Source of the DNA: Octopus bimaculoides
Taxonomy: Eukaryota
DNA: 48,599 nt
Direction: 5' to 3'
NCBI RefSeq assembly: GCF_001194135.2
Contig: NC_068984.1
Coordinates: 30,427,069-30,475,667 of the forward strand
This document shows positions 37,471-48,564 of this stretch, piece by piece; positions within the stretch are counted from its first letter, which is position 1; the number at the start of each line of letters is the position of its first letter. The notes under the pieces were generated by a model. It made no database searches. It was not told where the DNA came from and saw only the letters and a list, made by a program, of their open reading frames with translations. A program made the translations under genes and the position numbers.

Positions 37471-37599
37471 GGCATCTGAAAGGACAAACCTGTATGTGTG
37501 GAGAACAAGGGATTTTACTTAGCTTACACACACAGACACACATATATGTACATACATACACTTTCTCTTACACACACATTCACACACATATTTTAAAGC

Positions 37600-38690
37600 T
37601 AGATAAGGCTGGTTTATGGGATTACTTTAGGTTTCACATCCATAAAGGGTTTACATTTGTGGCGTATCATCAGATCTCAAAACCTGTTGGCTTAAGGCCT
37701 CTCTAGCATGTGGCTTTCGAGAATATGGAGGAGGAAGGGACCCGACTACTTGATGTCAACAAATTGGATTGTCTCTGTTTGGCTATCGATTGCTAGTGAC
37801 TGCCATCTTGTTGGTTCCATTAGGTCAGCAGGAATTTCCTGAAATGTGAGCACAGTCTAAAGATCTCCGTTCTGGAGTTAAGGATGTTCCATGGGTTGAG
37901 GGAGCCCTTTAGGATCTTTGCCTATTCCGCTATGCATAATTTTCTGGGCTTGGTCCCATTTATGTAGGGTCTGGATTTTCTAGGATTCTTCATGTATTGT
38001 GTGTAGAATCCCATCGTCTATCAACTGCCATACATGGCTGGCTAATGATAGAATGTATCTCCTTTCCAGTATCCTGAAGGAGGATCTGTGGTTGTAGAAG
38101 TGTTATTTGAATGAGTTCCTGGAACAGCTGATATATCTCTGTGGTTGAGTGTTGGTGGTGATGTGCCTGTTGGTGTTGACGTTGCTGCCACTGCTGTTGC
38201 TGGAACTGGCGCTGTTGGTGCTAGTGCTGTTGGTGTTATTGGAGATGGTAGTAGTGTTTGTGCTGCTACAGCCAGTGTTGGTAAAGATGCTGTTGTTGTT
38301 ATGGCCATTGTCATTGTGAAATGTTTATCTATTAACTTAAAGAATATCCTACTTACAGATGTTTTTACATTAATGGAGAAGGAGAACAAGCCAAATGATA
38401 TTTATGTGGCACTTCCTTCTACGGATGTTGGGGTCTAGGTTGTAGGAGATGCAGTCCCTAAATCTGTTAGCAGCTGAGGCCTTGTTATAGTAGGGTGCTG
38501 CTGCATCAAAAATCTCTTGGCTGGAGGAAAGTTTCATGATCCCCTTATTGACACCCTTCACCAGGAATTTCAACATGACGTTCGGCTGACAGAAGACTGT
38601 GTTGATGTATGTTAACCTCTCATTTGGCTTGTGGTAGGGCCTGTACGTACCAGAGCCAAGTCGAGCTTAACAGCTACAGTAGCAGGCTTA
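37600..38690 (-). mobile_element. Penelope-like retroelement remnant (RT C-terminus, GIY-YIG endonuclease, 3' terminal region)
   Basis: Minus strand: GTYRPYHKPNERLTYINT...KLSSSQEIFDAAAPYYNKA...NIIW / FSINVKTSVSRIFFKLIDKHF (PLE RT thumb); RYISCSRNSFK*HFYNHRSSFR...SLASHVWQL; SRPYINGTKPRKLCIAE*AKIL...ILNSRTEIFRLCSHFRKFLLT* (stop at 37820-37822). A possible RT VDD remnant lies at about 38800-38960. Confidence 0.88.
37617..37679 (-). ncRNA. Degenerate minimal type I hammerhead ribozyme motif at the PLE end
   Basis: Minus strand TGAGAT-CTGATGA-T-ACGCC...GGATGT-GAAAC-CTAAA-GTA-ATCCCA. Stem I pairs 5 of 6, CUGAUGA and GAAAC cores intact, GUA cleavage triplet, about 140 nt downstream of the PLE stop. 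Confidence 0.65.
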
Positions 38691-39160
38691 ACAGTTCCTA
38701 TAGTGGCGGTGGCAGTATCATTGCCAGCGATAACAACAACAACAGCATATCTCTAATGGAAGTAGGAGCAGAGGCACCTGTTGGCAATTTTTTTATTAAC
38801 TTTAAGGTCATTTGATACCAGGTTTTGCTTTCATACCTGGAATTTCTTCACTAACTCTACTACAGATTTTGCCATATGAATGAAGTCATCAACACAGAAG
38901 ACTTCCCAAAGACAGTTAGTCTTCAATTCCACTGTTATGAACTGGAGGAAGTTGATGATTAAAAAAGAACAGAAAACTGAGCTCTAGTGGACTCCTAGCT
39001 GTACACTAAATTTGCTACTCAAGTTGTTACTCACTCTCACCCAACAGATCCCCTATACATTGGTTGTATGTATGTATATAATTGAGATATTTTTTTATAA
39101 GAATTACATGTGAGGAAATAAAATTATGGTTTTGGCCAGATGCACATGTATCTCTGTTTC

Positions 39161-39235
39161 TGTGTGAGTACTTGCATTGTGTGAGTACTTGCATTGTGTG
39201 AGTACTTGCATTGTGTGAGTACTTGCATTGTGTGA
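39161..39235. repeat. 17-bp minisatellite, 4.4 copies
   Basis: TGTGTGAGTACTTGCAT repeated identically from 39161. Confidence 0.97.
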
Positions 39236-40256
39236 TAGTGCATGTGTAAGAGTGTATTCATTGTATAAGCATATGTATACAATGCATACATACATTATTA
39301 ATTAAGGTGAGGAATAGACACATTCATACTATTAAAATTCATATTTCTCAAACAGTTATAATTTCTATTATCACTGGGATTTCTATCTACCACATAGGAA
39401 TTTTATGAAAACCAATATTCATACCCTTATTAGTAAAGTTATGACTTAGTATCACAAAAATAAATATGACAATGGCTATTAGTATTCTTTACCGAAAACA
39501 TGATCATGATGTATAGCATATATAAATGCATACTCTACTTGCCACAAATGTTCTTGGTCAATGCAGACCAATTCCATTTTAAATTTATTATTTTATGTTT
39601 AAATAAATAAAAGAACAAAATACTGTATATTCAAGGAAAGCAATATAGAAGTCAAAACAGCATTAGAATGAGCAGGAACAGTAGGACTGGCAGTGACAGT
39701 GACAACAACAACAAGAAACAACTGCAATGATGGTCACATGAACAATAAGAGCAACAACAAGATTAATAATTTCATCAACTGCTACACAACAAGGGAAAAA
39801 ATGTTATTGTTGAATGAGCATTAGCAGCAGACTATAACAAAAATTTAATGTAAATAGACATTGGTTAAATGAATCAATTATTAAAAAAAGCATCATCAGC
39901 AACAAAAATACTATTAATAATCATAATGGTTTCTAACATTGGCACAGTGATGACGCTAATAATACCAACAATAATGATAATGATGATAATAAATGACAAA
40001 AAAAAAACAATAAGAAAATAAAAATAATTTGTCCATTTATTTGGCACCAGGGCCCATACAGACATATGCAAAAATTTAAATATATAAAATGGTGATGCAT
40101 AACATACAAGGCTGAATGAAACAAAGTTATGTAGAATAAGTTGCGTGGAAAAAAAAAAAAACATCACAAAATATAGTGAAGCGTGTGAAAATATTTCTGT
40201 TTTTAAATTACCTGAAATAATTAAATGAATATATATGCATGTGTGCGTGCGTGTGT

Positions 40257-40289
<33 letters not shown>

Positions 40290-40857
40290 ATGAAATTTTA
40301 TGACAAAGGTAGAGAAAATTATGCACTGAACTTCATTAGCTTACAGATGTTTTTGCTATAAGATAGAGTTCACTCGAGCTGAGTGCTTGTGCATCACCTT
40401 ATAGCTTTCTTTGGTGTTTCAAAAATGGGACACGGGAAGGAAGAAAAGCAAAATGTAACTCCATGGGATTTGAACTGAGAATATAGAGATGGAACAAATA
40501 CTGCAAAGATCAAAGCTTTTTTCCCAATCCTAATAACAATTCTATTAGCTTGCTGTACGCCCAGTAGTTATAATAAGATAATATTTATAATTATAGTATT
40601 TATAATTATAATAGATATTTATGATTGTACTTGAAATGTCACAAATTTAACAGAATCCAAATTCTCAGATTTTGGTCTCCTTCCTCTTTAACGTATCAAT
40701 GCTAATCATAAATAAGACCCATAGTAAACTGATAAATTCAATGTAACTTGATGTCTGTGAGTGAGACTTGGAATAGCTTGTATGAAACAAAGCAAGAACA
40801 ATGTAAATAATAATGATGATGATGATGATGATCACAATGACTATAATAATCATTATT

Positions 40858-41147
40858 ATTGTGGGTGCCCTAGATATAATAAAAAAGGGGTGTCAGAAAC
40901 ATTTAGACAACATCCCAGGAGAACCATGTCTCAAAAAAATCCAAAAGATTGCGCTGACAAGTACTGCCCACATCCTTAGAAAAACCCTATCAATTTAAAT
41001 GTCTGTGTTGTATTACATGAAGATATTTTGCTTCTGTCCTTGTCACTTCCTCTCCCCAAGCTTTCAGTCATACTATATCTCTTATCCTTCACATGTCCTA
41101 GAGCACTGTGTGAACCTTGGCAAGTGATTGTAACAAACATCCAATTA
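40858..41147 (+). mobile_element. 3' end of an RLE-type non-LTR retrotransposon (R4/Dong-like), heavily 5'-truncated
   Basis: IVGALDIIKKGCQKHLDNIPGEPCLKKIQKIALTSTAHILRKTLSI* matches the VGALG...IPG.P....IQK..L..TAHILRK C-terminus of RLE-clade LINEs. About 150 bp of 3' UTR follows, ending in an AAC/AAT repeat. Confidence 0.8.
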
Positions 41148-41209
41148 ACAACAATAACAACAACAACAGCAATAATAATATGCCCTAATGCAGTACCAGG
41201 TAGTGGGTC

Positions 41210-41470
41210 TCATGACTTCTGATCTTAAATGATTGGAAGTGTTACCATGTACCTGATTTGTCTTGGCTAAACAACAAATATTCTGCTCAATATCACAAAT
41301 TTGCATGTCAGCTGCTTGACCTTAACCAATTGAGCATACCCCTTAGTGGTTGAAGATATGTGCATCTGTGAGCAATAGTGGGGGAGCATCATAGCTATGT
41401 GTTGATAGAAATTATTTGGAGGTTGAATAATTCATCCCTGGAAACATGGGTGTTTCATTCAGCATCTCTG
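41210..41470 (-). repeat. Repeat family F
   Basis: CAAATATTCTGCTCAATATCACAAATTTGC...TTGACCTTAACCAATTGAGCAT...ATATGTGCATCT matches the reverse complement of 33095-33260. Confidence 0.7.
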
Positions 41471-41479
41471 CGTGTGCTG

Positions 41480-41935
41480 GTCTTGGGTTATAAACTCTTC
41501 TACATGTTCTGCTTATGCATCTAAGTGATGGTTCTTACATTTTATTTCTCTTCCTACAGAAGTATGATTAAGCCTGGCCTGGCTAAGCAGTACTCTTATC
41601 TCGGGTTGATCTTATTATCAACCATTAAATCAGTCCAGGTTTGCATTATGTTGAGAAATGCTGGGCCTGTCTGATGAGTTGTTGCTATTTTTTTTGCTGT
41701 ATTTCTTTCATAGTTATTGTTTGTTCTGTTGTCATTGCTGTTGTCTCTAATACTGCTTCATGTTGCTTTGCTTGTTGTTGCTCCTGCAATTGGGGATGAT
41801 GTCATTAGTGTTGTTATGCTCGTAGTTGTTTTGTTGCTCCTCATACTGAAGATTTGTTGTCTCCTTTGGCTTGATACCCACAACATCACACTCCATAATG
41901 GCTAAGGTGAAAGTTAATTTGGAGAAGAGAGGTAG
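41480..41935 (-). mobile_element. Possible second Penelope-like remnant
   Basis: AAC/AGC-rich tract followed by RCISRTCRRVYNPRP, loosely parallel to RYISCSRNSFK*HFYNHRSS in the 38 kb element. Very degenerate. Confidence 0.3.
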
Positions 41936-42792
41936 ACTTTTTCCTTAATCCAATACTGTCTTGGTTAGATATGCTTTAACCATGTTAGAAAATTATAACT
42001 AAATAATAAGCAGATTGTTTGCAAGATTGACATAGAGCCTGCTCTACATTCAGAATTGAGGACAAGGGTTTTAGAAGTTATCCAGTTATATTCAGAATAT
42101 CAAGTGTTACAACTTTAGGCAATGTATTCCAAAAAGTGTGTAGAATTTTTGAAAAGACTTACTAGCATAAAACCAGCATGGATTTTATAAGCAGCATCAT
42201 TTTTTAAAAATGCTAATAATAGTAATAATAATAATAATAATGACGTCTATCTGGGAGTAATGAAAAAGATATAAACCACCTCATAAACAGCAGATTCCTC
42301 AAACACAAGAGGATGGTAACAATAAAAGTAAGAATAATAATAATAACAATGAGGAGGACAAAGGGAGGGGAGCAGGGGTGGTAGATAACAAGGACAACAA
42401 TAATAAAAATATCAACTGCAATAATAATAATAATAATAACAACAACAACAACAATATTTTTCACCAAGTTTTCAGTTTTATCGCCTTTTAGATGATTTAT
42501 CATGAAATGAAAATTTCACAGAGAAAAATAATTGCTTTTATAGATTAAACTATTGGTTGATGTATTGCTTCCATACAATAACGGGCCATTTTGATCGCCT
42601 CTGCCAATCAACTGTGGCTGAAAGAATATGCATGCATGGACACAGACATACACACTCAGATATATACTCAGTTACAATCACACTATTCACAGACATAAAC
42701 TAGTTTGAGTTCTGTACATTCTGTCTAAGTATATAAACAATACAGACATGCATACATATCTATATATGCGTTTTATGGGTGTGTGTGTGTAC

Positions 42793-42897
42793 TGGGTTTC
42801 CAACTCTGATGGCAGAGTGAAGGTGTGGCGTATGAGGGTGGACGCTACAGAGACACGTGTCATGGAGAGAGATGCGTGAGGTGGCTAAAGCATATGT
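42793..42897 (+). mobile_element. Short Tc1 fragment, same family as 44112-44435
   Basis: About 60 bp align with 44392-44450. Reads SNSDGRVKVWRMR...VMERDA*GG*S, like Tc1 DGRVRVWRR...ERDRxGGGSVMVW. Confidence 0.75.
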
Positions 42898-42904
42898 ATG
42901 TGTG

Positions 42905-42943
<39 letters not shown>

Positions 42944-43083
42944 AGTGTATATATATATGTATATATGTACATATGTATGTTTATATATATATGTGTGTGT
43001 ATGTATATTTATGTATATATACCTATATAAATGCATACACATACATGCATGGATATATGTGGGTATATATAAGTATAACGATT

Positions 43084-43129
<46 letters not shown>

Positions 43130-44111
43130 TATATGAGGCATTGCAAGACTAATAACCTGGTGTAGATCTCAATATACATATGCTTCAGAATGAAGCATTA
43201 GTCAACTGCAGAGTAGCTATAAGATGACAAGCCAGTAAATGATTATCTTATGAACTTCCTACACTTACAGCTGTTTCTGCTATAAGATGCAGTGAACTCA
43301 TAGCTGAGTGCCTGACTAATACTTTACAGCTTTATTGTTGCCCTGCTGTTGGACTGAATATATGTATGTATACATATATGCATACATTCATACAAACAAG
43401 TAGTTGTGTGGGTGGATCTATGGACCTGCATACAGAATGATAGATAGATAGATAGATAGACAGAAATACAGAATGATAGATAGATAGGTAGAGAAATGGA
43501 GGGATTTATTAATAATAGCTGCTACACTTAGCTTTGATCAGGTTTGTTAAAACCTAAAATAAATAAATATAAAAACTATTTTAGAACCAAAACTAGAAAG
43601 AATAAACACTTACTGCTTCAAATTCACGGAGAAACAATGTAGATTTGATTGTATGGGAGACATGGTGATCCCAAACTGATTCTTGTAAATCTGAGACCTT
43701 TTATTTATGCTGTGTTAATGCTCAATGCAAATGGAAGTTGTACTGGAAACTGATGAAACATTGATTAAATCACACACACACACACATACAAATATACATA
43801 TTACTGTTCCACTGTGGTTAGGATTAACCAAAAGTACTCTATCCGGTGAGAGATATAAATATCATTTAATATACACAATTTACAAAAGTGCTCTTAATAG
43901 TTTCATACTGTGGAGATACAATAATTTTGCAGTTTTATATAACATGCCATGATTCTCCAAACAATCTTTCAAGTTCAGTGCATATCGTTAAAAGCATTTA
44001 AAAACCAAGATGCTGGTCTATGAGAAAACATGAGGTAAACAGAAAAAGAAAACTGTGAAGAAGTTTGATTGCAAATGTTGGTTAGCCATGTATGGGATCT
44101 GAAAATGATTT

Positions 44112-44435
44112 TCAGACCACTTCATTTACCTGCAACACCTCCATGATCACTTCAGACCACCCAGCATGACAGCTTATGAGACCATTGACACTGGACAGCG
44201 ACCCATTAGTGATGACATAGTACGACGTCGACTGACCACCAACAACCTTCGTTGCTGTCATCCTGCTCGAGGTCCAGTCCTTACTGCCCGCTGCCATCAG
44301 GCATGACTACAGTGGACTACACAGCACCGACATTGGCGGCATCAACAATGGAGGTCGAGAGTCTTCTCTGATGAGAGCCGGTAGTGCATTTCCAACTCTG
44401 ATGGCTGAATGAGTGTGTGGCGTAGGAGGGTGAAT
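44112..44435 (+). mobile_element. Tc1-family transposase fragment (HTH2 to first catalytic D)
   Basis: One frame: DHFIYLQHLHDHFRPPSMTAYETIDTGQRPISDDIVRRRLTTNNLRCCHPARGPVLTARCHQA*LQWTTQHRHWRHQQWRSRVFSDESR*CISNSDG*MSVWRRR. Contains the Tc1 P-x-L-T, W, FSDESR and DG-x-x-x-VWRR motifs. Confidence 0.9.
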
Positions 44436-45705
44436 GCTACTGAGACGCAGTTCTTCCTCACCTAGCTTATTCCCTAGTCCTTTCTACTACTGTCTATCAC
44501 TTTTTCAAGCACTCTGATGGTTTCCTACCATCAAGTAAGATTTTGAAGGAGTTCAAAAATCAAATCAATGCTGAAAGTGTTTTCAAAGAGATTTTCAACT
44601 TCAGAACTCCAGATTTTTATGTTACCAGGATAAACAAACTTTTTAACTTGTTGGCAAAAATGTGTGGACTGTAATGACATTTTGATGAATAAAATTTCTG
44701 CATCGTTGAAATATAATGTAATGAATTTCATGTTTGAAAACGTTGCTTACTTTTTACCCAAACTGATAGATAGGCAAATTGACAGATACTCAGACAGATA
44801 AATAGATTAATACATAGACAGAGAAAGAGAGTGAGAGAGACACACATGCACTTAAACATGTACAATGTTCTTCTTAATGCCTACAGTGCTGTTTCACACA
44901 AAGAGCCTCCTTGTTTTCATATTAGCCACCTTTCAGTCACATTCTACTTTTTCCCTATGCATCGTTATCAATCAAGTAGGTTTCCAACTTTTCTTCTGGT
45001 TTCTTGAACTGTCTGTTTCACTACTTGATGCATTAGCTCACCTTCAAGCTAAGACTGAAAAACTTGACCTTACTATTGCTATATACTCTTCATTAATGTA
45101 AACAGGGCCACGTTGATATGTCTGTCTTTTTTTCTCTCTTTCGTCTCTCTCACTATTATTATTACTGTTATTTTTTTCCCTTTTACAATGTTTCCTTATT
45201 AGCCTTTTGTATTCTTACTTATTGTATCTTATTTTAATTTGCCTTATTTTATTAAACCTTTTTTTGATGTCCTTCCAAAATTTCTTCACACTGATGAGAA
45301 TGACAATGCTTAAATTTAATTATAATTACTATGATTATAATCTTGTCTTGCATATTTGTATTGTCCTTTGAAATGCGCATGTGCATTGAATCCTATTTCG
45401 TATTAAATTTAATTTTCATTCAACATATTTTTCTCCTCCATTTTTCTATAATTGTTTATGATAAATTTATACTTATAACANNNNNNNNNNNNNNNNNNNN
45501 NNNNNNNNNNNNNNNNNNNNNNNNNNNNNNNNNNNNNNNNNNNNNNNNNNNNNNNNNNNNNNNNNNNNNNNNNNNNNNNNNNNNNNNNNNNNNNNNNNNN
45601 NNNNNNNNNNNNNNNNNNNNNNNNNNNNNNNNNNNNNNNNNNNNNNNNNNNNNNNNNCACTATTCAATTTTTTTTTTCTCCGTGTTTTTCTCCTTGTCTC
45701 CGTAT

Positions 45706-45742
45706 TCTTTCTGTTGAAGAGTGTAGCTCGAAACGTCAAAGA
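45706..45742 (+). ncRNA. Minimal hammerhead-like fold with variant core
   Basis: TCTTT-CTGTTGAA-GAG-TGTAG-CTC-GAAAC-GTC-AAAGA. 5-bp stem I, 3-bp stem II, palindromic ACGT in place of stem III, GUC triplet. Core has U at position 6 plus an extra A. Confidence 0.65.
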
Positions 45743-45824
45743 CTTTCCGTATTCCCGAGCGTCATACTAATATATACTTTTGTTATTTACACCACCTGTC
45801 CTCGTCTGTTATTTGTATATTCTC

Positions 45825-45858
<34 letters not shown>

Positions 45859-45879
45859 CTGCTTGAGGCAGTTCTGTGG

Positions 45880-46420
45880 TGCTACACCAGGCAGATTGCA
45901 TCAATGGAACAGCTGAGTGACTGGGAGAGATCAAAAAAATTACAACTCTGCATCCTGGGGTGAACATGAGGAAGATATGCAGTGACACACATGAATATCC
46001 TAGAGAGATTGGTACCAAACTTTCACACTGAAAGTTATATCAGCTGTGACTTTGGCACAGAGAGTTATACTGCGACGTCCCAAACTGGATATCACAGCAC
46101 TGTTCAAAAGATCTCAACATTCCCATCAAGAATGAGGACCAGGTACTGTGTAATAACTTGGGATACAAAGGTCCACAGTTATATATCTTGCCAAAAAACG
46201 TATGGGAGATTTATATGGAGGAGGGGGAGATTTTTCAGAAAAAAAAAAAAATACCTGAACTCTTGCTGCCCAGATTTCCATATGAACCTACATCCTGGGC
46301 AGCAATATCAAGCTCCTTCCTTCACCAAAAGCAATCACCAAAGAATAGCCATTGGAATGGTGATACCATTTGCAGTACCCCAGCATGGTCTGATTCTTTG
46401 GCTGAGATGAATAAAATAAT
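45880..46420 (+). mobile_element. Possible very degenerate Tc1/Tc3-like transposase relic
   Basis: Pieces MEQLSDWERSKKITTLH; KVISAVTLAQRVILRRPK; LGIQRSTVIYL; KE*PLEW*YH; WS..LW/SDE-like end follow Tc1 motif order but need several frameshifts. Confidence 0.4.
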
Positions 46421-47107
46421 GTGTGTGTGTGTAATCTAGTACACTTGGTATTGAATTGCTAACATTCATTTATGCTATGTTGATATTTTTCTTCATCTAA
46501 GTATTGTGGAATAGTATGGTACAACCATGTAATGGTAATCAGTTCCTCATTCTTCCTTTGGTGTTTCTTTGCTGTATTTTTCTTTGTGGCACAGAGGGGG
46601 ATGTTGAATATTGAATCATATTATTAAGTTCTGCTTTGAGGTGAGTCTTTTTTGTAGGAATACTGAATTACTAGCAATTGTAAGGAGAGCATTTATATTT
46701 ATATAAAACTCTACATGCATTTTGAATAAGACAAGTGTTTACTTTTTCTTGGAGTTATATTTTTCTTTATCGGACTTCCATGTTAGAGGTTTATTTTCTG
46801 ATGTATATGCACAGTTGTTTACATCTAACAGCAATTTATCACTCTAGATACACACATGATACTTTGTTTATATTTGCTAGAATAGGAGAAAATTTTACAA
46901 ATGTGTGCATGTATTACATGTGTCCCTTTGAACATTTCTGCTTGTTAATGTTAGTTCTCTTCATGCTTTTAGCATGATGTTAGTATATGTTTAACATGGA
47001 ATGAGCTTATAATATATTCTTCTCTGTCAGCAATTACTATAGAAGTGTTTTACTGTTACTATAGTAATATTAACAACAACAACAACAACACCAATAACAA
47101 TAATAAT

Positions 47108-47280
47108 GGTTTCAAATTATTCTCCCGACCCTGAATGGATAAAAGGCAAAATCAATCTTAGCAGAATTCAAACTCAATAATAATGATAATTTTTCCTTAT
47201 TTTGCCACAAAACCAGTAATTTTTGTGGAGAAGGGATGTCAATTGCCTTCACCTCAGTACCTGATTGGTACTTTATTCTA
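47108..47280 (-). mobile_element. Two partial SINE family B pieces abutting the mariner left TIR
   Basis: GACCCTGAATGGATAAAAGGCAAA...GCAGAATTCAAACTC (47120-47176) and TTGCCACAAAACCAGTAATT...GGTACTTTATTCTA (47200-47280). Confidence 0.7.
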
Positions 47281-48564
47281 TCAGGTCATCCCATAAGTTC
47301 TGTCCGATTTTACCTTCTTTAAAATTGAATGAAATTTAATAGTATTTTAGAATGTCTAATGGAATTAAAAATTATTTTTAGGCATTTTTGTACATTTAAA
47401 CTAATTAAATATTATTTTACAGAATAACAGAATTAAAATTTCTTTGATTAAAACCCTTTCTAACATGGAAGTATCCAAAGAACATTTGAAGCACATAATG
47501 CTTTGAGTACAAAAAAAGGAAACTCTGCAGCCGAAGTGACTCGAAACATACACTCAGTTTACGGGAAAGAATGCTTGAATGAAAGAACTTGCAGAAGATG
47601 GTTTGCAAGATTCAGAAGTGGAGATTTCAACCTTGAAGATGAAGATCAAACAAGACGTCCAGTTGAGTTTGATGATAATCTCCTTGAGGCATTACTTGAA
47701 GAAAATCCTGCATTATCAGTTGAAGAATTGGCAATAAAGCTTAGTTCAAACCATACAACTGTTCATCGTCATCTTCAATAACTTGGAAAGGTTCCTAAAC
47801 TTGGAAAATGGGTACCTCATGAATTGTCTGAAAGCAACTGCAAATCCTGAGTTGACATCTGCTCTTCTCTCCATTGTCACGAACTCATTTCACCCTTTTT
47901 GGACAGACTTGTGACTGGTGACGTAAAATGGATCTTCTATCGAAATGTAAAACGTTGTAAACAGTGGATTGGTAAAAGGGAAAAAGCTCAACCACAACCG
48001 AGAAGGGAACTTCATGGGAAAAAGGTTCTTCCCTCTATCTGGTGGGATTGCAAAGGAGTAATTCACTTTGAATTGTTACCATGTAATGCAACAATCAATG
48101 CTCAAGTCTACTGTCAGCCATTAGAGCAGTTGAATGAAGCTTTGAAGAAAAAAAGACCCGCTTTAGTGAATTGAAAAGGAGTGATGTTTCACCAGGACAA
48201 TGCATGACCCCACACAGTAAAGATCATATCACAGAAGGTCGAAGGGCTTGGTTGGAAAAAATTTCCTCATCCACCTTATTCTACCGACCTTGCTTCTTCA
48301 GACTACCATTTGGTTCATAGTTTACAGAATCATTTGGGGGACATAACTTACGCAAGGCAGGAGGAGGTTGAAACTGACATTTCAGAGTTCTTTGCTTTGA
48401 AACCAAAAGAGTTTTACATTGATGGGATTAAAAAGCTTGTAAATAGATGGAAGAAAGTCATAGATAATCAGGGAAAGTATATTGATTGAATTTCAATTAA
48501 ATATAACATTTGATCACTTGTTTTCTTTATTCAAAATTTGGACAGAACTTATGGGATGACCTGA
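47281..48564 (+). mobile_element. Full-length mariner DNA transposon (D34D), non-functional copy
   Basis: Perfect 25-bp TIRs (TCAGGTCATCCCATAAGTTCTGTCC at 47281-47305; reverse complement ending at 48564), TA on both sides, length 1284 bp. Confidence 0.97.
47465..48489 (+). pseudogene. Mariner transposase pseudogene
   Basis: ATG at 47465 (MEVSKEHLKHIML), net frameshift near 47503-47517, then one frame with HTH (CRRWFARFRSGDFNLED), WVPHEL, VTGDVKW, HQDNA*PH, HPPYSTDLASSDY and terminal GKYID*. D48196 to D48301 has 34 intervening residues. In-frame stops at 47779, 47848, 48172, 48205. Confidence 0.96.

Noticed and set aside
38145-38438. Plus-strand Val/Ala/Gly-rich ORF
   Set aside because: It is the antisense of the low-complexity Penelope linker.
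45288-45330. CTGATGAG as another hammerhead core
   Set aside because: No GAAA half or convincing stem I is retained.
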